Part shown: piece by piece, positions 56,358-64,000 of the stretch
How the letters are laid out: the number at the start of each line of letters is the position of its first letter
How positions within the stretch are numbered: position 1 is the first letter of the stretch
Assembly: GCA_964439835.1 (NCBI GenBank)
Contig: CAYTPQ010000001.1
Coordinates: 84,120-148,119 of the forward strand
DNA length: 64,000 bases
Direction: 5' to 3'
Source: an uncultured Ectothiorhodospiraceae bacterium
GTDB taxonomy: Bacteria > Pseudomonadota > Gammaproteobacteria > JAABTG01
The notes under the pieces: generated by a model
What the model was told of the DNA's origin: nothing
Databases searched by the model: none
What the model saw: only the letters and a program-made list of their open reading frames with translations
Position numbers and translations under genes: made by a program

Positions 56358-56504
56358 GACTGTTCTCTCCTCAAGCACGTGATGAACAAGACTCCTGAAA
56401 TACCAGGTCAGCCCCTTGGTGCCACTGCAAACCTATTATATTCAGAGTCCTGAGGAGGGAAATGATCCACATCAACGGCCACCAAGAAGTTGACGTGGAT
56501 CAAT

Positions 56505-56738
56505 TTACAACCCGACCAACTCGGCGTGCACACCCGCCGAGCGCACCTGGGCCAGGATGGTCTGGCTCGAGACCCGGTCGGGGTTGTACTCGACGACCAT
56601 CAGGTGCGGGCGTTCGTCGTGCGAAACGGCGGCCACCACCCCGTCCAGCGCCCGCAGGCCGTCACCGATCCGTTCCCGAGTGGCGTGGTCCACCGTCTCG
56701 TCGATATGAACCGTCACGTCAACCAGCTTGATGTCCAT
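56505..56738 (-). CDS. Small hypothetical cytoplasmic protein.
   Basis: 77 aa. No signal peptide, no Cys motifs, no recognised family. Confidence 0.35.
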   Translation of the reverse strand: MDIKLVDVTVHIDETVDHATRERIGDGLRALDGVVAAVSHDERPHLMVVEYNPDRVSSQTILAQVRSAGVHAELVGL

Positions 56739-56778
56739 CAGCCACCTCCGCCGTGGTTGCTCAGCGCTGCCCGGAATT

Positions 56779-56892
56779 TGACCACGAAGGACACCAAGAA
56801 CACAAAGGGAAAGGATTTGAACGCTAAGACGGTCCCCACGGCGACCCCGTTAATCCAATTGTCCTTCGTGTCCTTCGTGTTCTTGGTGGTTA
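56779..56892. repeat. Hairpin element C, built from tandem 9-bp units; same family as A and B.
   Basis: Left arm ACCACGAAGGACACCAAGAACACAAAGG at 56781-56808. Right arm GTCCTTCGTGTCCTTCGTGTTCTTGGTGGT at 56861-56890. It lies just downstream of the V-ATPase subunit D gene. Confidence 0.6.
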
Positions 56893-56900
56893 ACTCGCAT

Positions 56901-57533
56901 TCAGGCCTGCGCGCGCTGGGCTTCCTGCTCGCGCAGGACCTTGATCTGGAAGAGCGTGTTGCGCTCCTCTTCCTCCAGGGTCGAGACGATGAAGGCGATG
57001 GTGTTGCGGTAGCGCGGGATGACGTTGTACTTGAGCGCGTTCACCCGCTTCTGAGTCTTGCGCTGCTCCTCCAGCAGGCGCCAGAGGGCGGTCTCCGCCT
57101 CGCCCAGCCGGGCCAGCAGCACGGCCATCTCGGCGAAGCGGGCGCGGGTCTCGTCGAGGGTGGCGTCGGTGCCGAGCACCGCCACCGGCTGCAGCGGCAG
57201 GCGCTCGGCGGTGACCGCCGGGTACTGCACGCCCAGGTGGCTGCGCGGCAGGATGTGGACGTCGATCCCGAGCGGCAGGCCGAGTGCGACCTGGCCAAGC
57301 TTCTGCTTGCCCATGCGCATGTGCGTCACGCTGAGCCAGCGGTAGGCCTCGCGCACGGACTGCCGGGTCTGTTTGCGCAGGCTGCGGTAGTGGCCGAGCC
57401 GCTCGTAGACGAGCCGCGTCAGCAGGTCTTTCTTGCGCTCGAGCAGGGTGTGGCCCTGCTCGAGGAAGGCGACCTGCCGCTTCAGGCGCAGCAGGTTGCT
57501 CTTGGTCGGGGGGACTTTGAGTCGCTGTTCCAC
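56901..57533 (-). CDS. atpD: V/A-type ATPase subunit D.
   Basis: 210 aa. N-terminal KVPPTKSNLLRLKRQVAFLEQGHTLLERKKDLL matches V-type subunit D. Confidence 0.85.
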   Translation of the reverse strand: MEQRLKVPPTKSNLLRLKRQVAFLEQGHTLLERKKDLLTRLVYERLGHYRSLRKQTRQSVREAYRWLSVTHMRMGKQKLGQVALGLPLGIDVHILPRSHLGVQYPAVTAERLPLQPVAVLGTDATLDETRARFAEMAVLLARLGEAETALWRLLEEQRKTQKRVNALKYNVIPRYRNTIAFIVSTLEEEERNTLFQIKVLREQEAQRAQA

Positions 57534-57540
57534 GACGTGA

Positions 57541-58931
57541 TCAGACCTCGGCCGAGCCGGCTTCCCACTTGTGGTACTTGGCGATGTCCGCCTCGGTCAC
57601 GCGGGCGAGCGCGTCAGGCGGCAGGAACGACAGCAGGTCCCACGCCAGGTTGAGGGTCTCCTCGATGCTGCGGTCGTCATCCTCGCCCTGGCCGACGAAG
57701 CGCTTCTCGAAGGCGTCGGCGAACGAGAGATAGCGGCGATCCCGCTCCGAGAGCTCCTCGGCACCGATGATCGAGGCCAGGTTGCGGGCCTCGAGCGCCC
57801 GGGCGTAGGAGGCGTAGAGCTGGCTCGCCACCCGTGGGTGGTCCTCGCGGGTGAAGTCCTTGCCGATGCCGTCCTTCATCAGCCGCGACAGCGAGGGTGG
57901 GACGTTGACCGGCGGGTACACGCCCTGGTTGTGCAGCTCGCGCGACATCACGATCTGGCCTTCCGTGATGTAACCGGTGAGGTCCGGGATCGGGTGGGTG
58001 ATGTCGTCCGAGGGCATCGACAGCACGGGCACCATCGTGATCGACCCGTGGCGGTTGCGGATGCGCCCCGCGCGTTCGTAGATCTCCGCTAGGTCCGAGT
58101 ACAGATAGCCGGGGTAGCCCTTGCGCGCCGGGACGTCACCCTTGGCCGTGGCGACCTCGCGCAGGGCCTCTGCGTAGTGGGTCATGTCGGTGATGACCAC
58201 CAGCACGTGCCGGTCCTGGTCGAAGGCGAGGTACTCGGCGGCCGTCAACGCCGTGCGCGGGAGGATCAGCCGTTCCATCGGCGGGTCGTCGGCCAGGTTG
58301 ATGTACATCGACACGTTGGAGAGCACGCCGCTCGACTCGAACTCCTCTTCGAAGAAGCGCGCGTCGGTGTAGGAGACGCCCATCGCCGCGAACACGATGG
58401 CGAAGTTCGCCTCCTCGCCGGGCAGCTTGGCCTGGCGCACGATCTGGGCGGCCAGCCGGTTGTGGGGCAGCCCGGAGCCCGAGAAAATCGGGAGCTTCTG
58501 TCCGCGCACCAGCGAGTTCAGCCCGTCGATCGTCGACACCCCGGTCTGGATGAACTCGCGCGGATAGGCGCGCGAGGCGGGGTTCACCGAAGAGCCGTTC
58601 ACGTTGCGCTTGAGCGAGGAGACGATCGGCGGACGCCCGTCGCGGGGCTGGCCAACGCCGTTGAAGATCCGGCCCAGGATCGCCGGTGACAACGGCACCT
58701 CGAACGGCTCTTCCAGGAAGCGGACCCAGGTCCGCTCCAGGTCCAGCTCCTCGGTGCCCTCGAAGACCTGCACCAGCGCCACGTCGGTCGAGGTCTTGAT
58801 GACCTGGCCGTTGCGCAGGTTGCCCTTGTGGTCGCGGACCACCACGCGGTCCCCGAGGGCCACGTCGGGGACGCCCCGCATGAACAGGAGCGCACCCCGG
58901 GCGGCGGTGGCCATCCGGTATTCTTTCTCTT

Positions 58932-58935
<4 letters not shown>
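57541..58935 (-). CDS. atpB: V/A-type ATPase subunit B (non-catalytic/regulatory).
   Basis: 464 aa. Typical subunit-B sequence (LPIFSGSGLPHNRLAAQIVRQA...); no canonical P-loop. Confidence 0.9.
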
Positions 58936-60705
<1,770 letters not shown>

Positions 60706-60713
<8 letters not shown>

Positions 60714-61356
60714 GGAAGAGCGTCCCCATCTGGCCCGCGGTGGCGAACAGGCGTTCCAGAATCACCCGCTCGAGGTCCGCCTCGAGTCGCGCCACGCGAC
60801 CCTCGAAGGTGTTGTCCACGCTGATGCGCCCGTCGACGCTCTCCACCAGCACCCCACCGGAACAGGCGCAGGCCTCCGAGGAGAGCTCGATGGTCTTGCC
60901 GGGGACCGCAACGCGGAACTCCTTGGCCCACCGATCACCGACCCGGCGCTGATCGAAGTCGCTCAGGCGGGCGATCAGCTCGTCGCGCTCGATCGCCTGG
61001 GCCGCCTCGACGAGCAGGGACTTAAGGAGGGCCAACCCGGACTCGTCGTCGGCCTGAAGGGTCTTCAGGCGGCTGTTCACACCCTGCATCACCGACTGCA
61101 CGAGCCCCCAGCGCAGTCGGTCCATGTCGGCCTGCATGCGAATCTCGCTCGACTGCACCAGCCGGCGGTACTCGCGCTCGGCCCGATTCTTGGCGAGCAG
61201 CATCTCCTTCTCCTCCATCAACCGCAGCCGGTCCGCGGAGTCGGTGAGTATGCGCTCGCGCGCACGCTGCGCCTGTCGCAGGTGCTCGTCGGCGAGTATC
61301 TTGGCGCGCTCGAAGATTGCCTGTTCGAGCGACGCGACCTGGTCGTTCGGATTCAT
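60706..61356 (-). CDS. atpE: V/A-type ATPase subunit E.
   Basis: 216 aa. N-terminal charged coiled coil (EQAIFERAKILADEHLRQAQRARERI) and a C-terminal globular part. Confidence 0.75.
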
Positions 61357-61676
61357 GTCGTCCGTTCCTCAAGGGCCGAGGGCCCGAGCACCCGAGTCAC
61401 CAACGCCTCCACGGGCGGCCTGTAGCTCTCGGGCGCATCCAGGGGCGGGACCTCGCTCACGATGATGCGCCCGCCCTCCCGCCGGACCCGGTCGAGGTGG
61501 CGACCGCCGCGCGCGACCAGTCCGCTCTCGACGAACACGAGTGCCTGGTCGTGGCCACGCAAGAGGTCGGCGAGCACCCGCTCCACCTCTTCCGCGGTCG
61601 CGTCCTCGTAGGTCTCGGCGCCCAGCAGGGCAAAACCCTGCATGAGCGCGGCGCCACCCATGGCGACGACCCGCAT
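61353..61676 (-). CDS. atpF: V/A-type ATPase subunit F.
   Basis: 107 aa. MRVVAMGGAALMQGFALLG...ALVFVESGLV matches the F-subunit pattern. Confidence 0.7.
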   Translation of the reverse strand: MRVVAMGGAALMQGFALLGAETYEDATAEEVERVLADLLRGHDQALVFVESGLVARGGRHLDRVRREGGRIIVSEVPPLDAPESYRPPVEALVTRVLGPSALEERTT

Positions 61677-62125
61677 CAGATCCTACCCAGCAGCAGGATG
61701 GTGACGACCAGGCCGTAAATCGCGATGCCTTCCGCGAGGCCCAGGTACACCAGCGTGCGGCCGAAGATCTCGGGCTTCTCGGCGATGACGGCAAGCGACG
61801 CCGCACCTACCGGGCCCACCGCGAGGCCGGCGCCAACGGTCGCCAGCGCCGTCGGGATGCCGATGCCGATCAGGGCGAGGCCGAGGCCGACGGAGATCTC
61901 CTTCGCCACCTCAGCGGCAGCAGGCTCGGCGGCCATAACGTCGTGGATGCCGAGGAACAGGATCCCGATGAGTGCGCCGAAATACGTGATCAGGTTCAGG
62001 CCGACGGTACCCTTGAGCCAGCCGATGGCGGCGGGGCTTCGCGGCATCGGGCGCAGCTCGAAGTAGAAGCCGAGGGCGATGACGCCGAGGAGGCTGACGG
62101 ACATCACGGCAAGCAGCCAGTACAT
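61676..62125 (-). CDS. atpK: V/A-type ATPase proteolipid subunit K (c-ring), duplicated 4-TM type.
   Basis: 149 aa with four hydrophobic helices. A conserved acidic residue sits in the last helix (YLGLAEGIAIYGLVV). Confidence 0.85.
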   Translation of the reverse strand: MYWLLAVMSVSLLGVIALGFYFELRPMPRSPAAIGWLKGTVGLNLITYFGALIGILFLGIHDVMAAEPAAAEVAKEISVGLGLALIGIGIPTALATVGAGLAVGPVGAASLAVIAEKPEIFGRTLVYLGLAEGIAIYGLVVTILLLGRI

Positions 62126-62206
62126 GGTGTGCTCCTGTTCCGGTGTGGGTGGTTAGGATCGGACGTTGATAAGGTTCTCGCAGACCGAGGCGCGCGGTGC
62201 CTTCGC

Positions 62207-63985
62207 TCACGAGCGGATTACGCCCTCCAGGCGCAGCGGCACAAAGGCCCTGCCGTCGCCCCGGAAGAAGCGCGAGAAGCCCTCGTAGTATTCGAGACGC
62301 AGGACCTGGATCATCACGATGGCACCTTCGACGACGATGATGAAGACGTTGCCGAGGACAACCGTGATCCAGTGACCCGCCGTGTCGAGCATGCCTGCGA
62401 GCGTGAACACCGCCACCGCCAGGGCGACGTGATTCAGGCTGAAGGCTGCTACGCGCAGGAACGAGAGGGTATTCGCCAGGTAGTTCATCACCGACTCGAA
62501 GCCCTCGACGATCACAACCAGGAGCCGTTCGCCGTAGGGCCCGTGAAAGTGGTGCCACTTGAAACCCATGACTACCGCCAGCGGAACAACAACGGCCAGT
62601 GTCTCCTTGAGACCGAAGACGCCCGAGCCCATCCACCGGAAGCCGGCGTAGATCCCCCCGAGATAGAGCAGGGTTCCCGCAATCCCGCGGGTGTCGAACA
62701 GCGCCTCCTCGACGCGCCCCTCGTTGAACAGGTTGTAGAGCGTCAGGGCGTTGGCGACCAGTATGAAGCCGATACCCCAGTAGAGCGCCACCTCGAGCAT
62801 GCGCAGTGGGTCTGAGAGCGGCGCCATCCAGAGGGCGTGCAGCACGTGCTCATAGCCGAAGATGCTGCCGTACACGAACCCAAACGTCATCGACGAAAGT
62901 CCGGCAGTGATCATGATCGGCACGACATCGGGGAACCGCCTGCGGAAGTAGAGGGCCGACAGCGCGATCACCGCCCCGTGCCCGACGTCGCCGAACATCA
63001 TCCCGAACATCAGGATGAAGCTCAGGGTGAACAGTACCGTCGGGTCGATCTCCCCGTAGCGCGGGATCCCGTAGTTCGAAACCAGCGCGACGAACGGTCG
63101 CATCCAGCGCGCATGCCGCATCACGGACGGCACGCGCGCCCGCTCGTCGGGGCGCGGATTGCGCGTGGTCAGCACGTAGGGGACCGAAAGCTCCGACTTG
63201 AGCGCCTCGCCGAGGGCCGCGACGTCGTCCTTCGGGATCCAGCCCTCCACCACCGCCAGCCCGCCCATGCCACGGAGCCGCGTCGCCAGCTCGGCGTAGG
63301 GCGCCGCGATCGCGAGCGTCCGACAGGCCTCCGCGAGCTTCTCCTGGTGGCCGGCGACGACGGCGTCGATCTCCGCGGACTTCGCCCGGTACTGACGCTT
63401 CAGGTCGTCGGCCTGGGCGGCGAGCTCGTATCGGATCCGCTCGGGGTGGTCCCGGAACTCGGGCGGTATCGAGACTGGCCGGAACTCCGCGGTCTGGAGC
63501 AGCGCCGAGATGTCATGGTCGGACTCGGCCGGACCGGCGACCACCAGGTACACGACCCCTTCGGCGTCGTGGAAGGGGCGGACGAAATGGCCCGCCAGGG
63601 AAGCGGCCTGCTCCAGTCGCTTCAGGTTGGCCCGCTGCACCGTGCCAACGTGCATCGACAGGAACGTCTTCGGGCGCTGCAGCATACCGAGGTCCACGTC
63701 CAGGGCCGCGAAGCGCTCGAGACTCTCCGCCAGCTGCTTGAGCGAGGTGCCGCGCTCTTCGAGCACCCGCGCCTGTTCCTCGAGCTCGGAGAGCTCATGC
63801 CAGAGGTCCCCGAGATAGATGTTCGTGCGCTCGAGCTCGTCGAGATCCACGACCCGCGACAAGTCGGTCGCCACGTCCAGGGGGCAGTAGCCGCCGCTGC
63901 GGATCTTGAGGAGCCGGGACTTCGCGCTCAGGAAGACCTCGCGGAACCGCTCCCCCGGCGAGTCGGGCAACGCGCCCTCCGGCAC
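62207..63985 (-). CDS. atpI: V/A-type ATPase subunit I (a-subunit, stator/proton channel).
   Basis: 592 aa. Hydrophilic coiled-coil N-terminal half, then a polytopic C-terminal half containing Arg in a TM helix. The start is close to the window end and may differ. Confidence 0.8.
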   Translation of the reverse strand: MPEGALPDSPGERFREVFLSAKSRLLKIRSGGYCPLDVATDLSRVVDLDELERTNIYLGDLWHELSELEEQARVLEERGTSLKQLAESLERFAALDVDLGMLQRPKTFLSMHVGTVQRANLKRLEQAASLAGHFVRPFHDAEGVVYLVVAGPAESDHDISALLQTAEFRPVSIPPEFRDHPERIRYELAAQADDLKRQYRAKSAEIDAVVAGHQEKLAEACRTLAIAAPYAELATRLRGMGGLAVVEGWIPKDDVAALGEALKSELSVPYVLTTRNPRPDERARVPSVMRHARWMRPFVALVSNYGIPRYGEIDPTVLFTLSFILMFGMMFGDVGHGAVIALSALYFRRRFPDVVPIMITAGLSSMTFGFVYGSIFGYEHVLHALWMAPLSDPLRMLEVALYWGIGFILVANALTLYNLFNEGRVEEALFDTRGIAGTLLYLGGIYAGFRWMGSGVFGLKETLAVVVPLAVVMGFKWHHFHGPYGERLLVVIVEGFESVMNYLANTLSFLRVAAFSLNHVALAVAVFTLAGMLDTAGHWITVVLGNVFIIVVEGAIVMIQVLRLEYYEGFSRFFRGDGRAFVPLRLEGVIRS

Positions 63986-64000
63986 GTCGACGGTCTCGGG

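Noticed and set aside
56760-56895. Possible tRNA or other structured RNA gene in the AT-richer hairpin elements.
   Set aside because: No tRNA cloverleaf features (no GTTCGANTCC T-loop, no acceptor or CCA end). Treated as a repeat family instead.

Overview
This is a GC-rich (~68-70%) proteobacterial chromosomal segment, probably from a sulfur-oxidising gammaproteobacterium, running from housekeeping genes into a patchwork of accessory modules. No rRNA, tRNA, CRISPR, transposase or integrase gene was recognised by eye.

Content in order:
- 1-5.1 kb: the 3' part of polA, a solitary hisA, and a membrane-anchored PP2C phosphatase fused to an FGE-sulfatase domain.
- 5.2-7.6 kb: gene fragments (P-loop ATPase, Uma2 endonuclease, DUF1640) plus a PIN/RHH toxin-antitoxin pair.
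- 7.6-13.8 kb: HIT protein, a secreted thioredoxin-fold protein, a TM-anchored pentaheme cytochrome c with a TPR tail, and an orphan Dam methyltransferase.
- 14-29.3 kb: a cyclic-nucleotide signalling island. Six cNMP-binding domains are attached to unusual effectors (an MFS/HEAT transporter partner, a double cNMP-binding rhodanese protein, Crp, an MMPL transporter, a glutaminase-STAS protein), alongside a CHASE2 nucleotidyl cyclase, a CHAP amidase and a DUF928 protein.
- 29.5-33 kb: a tightly packed array of type II toxin-antitoxin modules separated by a recurring 28-bp hairpin.
- 33-38 kb: a lower-GC locus with two paralogous PEP-CTERM proteins flanking a GT1 glycosyltransferase.
- 38.3-46.4 kb: a two-partner-secretion module (TpsA filamentous-haemagglutinin-type protein, ShlB/FhaC-type TpsB) next to a TPR-CHAT protease.
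- 46.8-55.9 kb: three FG-GAP/ASPIC (CRTAC-like) and TPR proteins.
- 56-64 kb: a small Gly/Tyr/Trp-repeat secreted protein resembling sulfur-globule proteins, and a V/A-type ATPase operon (I-K-F-E-A-B-D).

Several repeat families are visible:
- three AT-richer hairpin elements built from tandem 9-bp units;
- REP-like palindromes;
- a 240-bp MITE-like element with 17-bp terminal inverted repeats;
- a CRP-like 30-bp palindrome.
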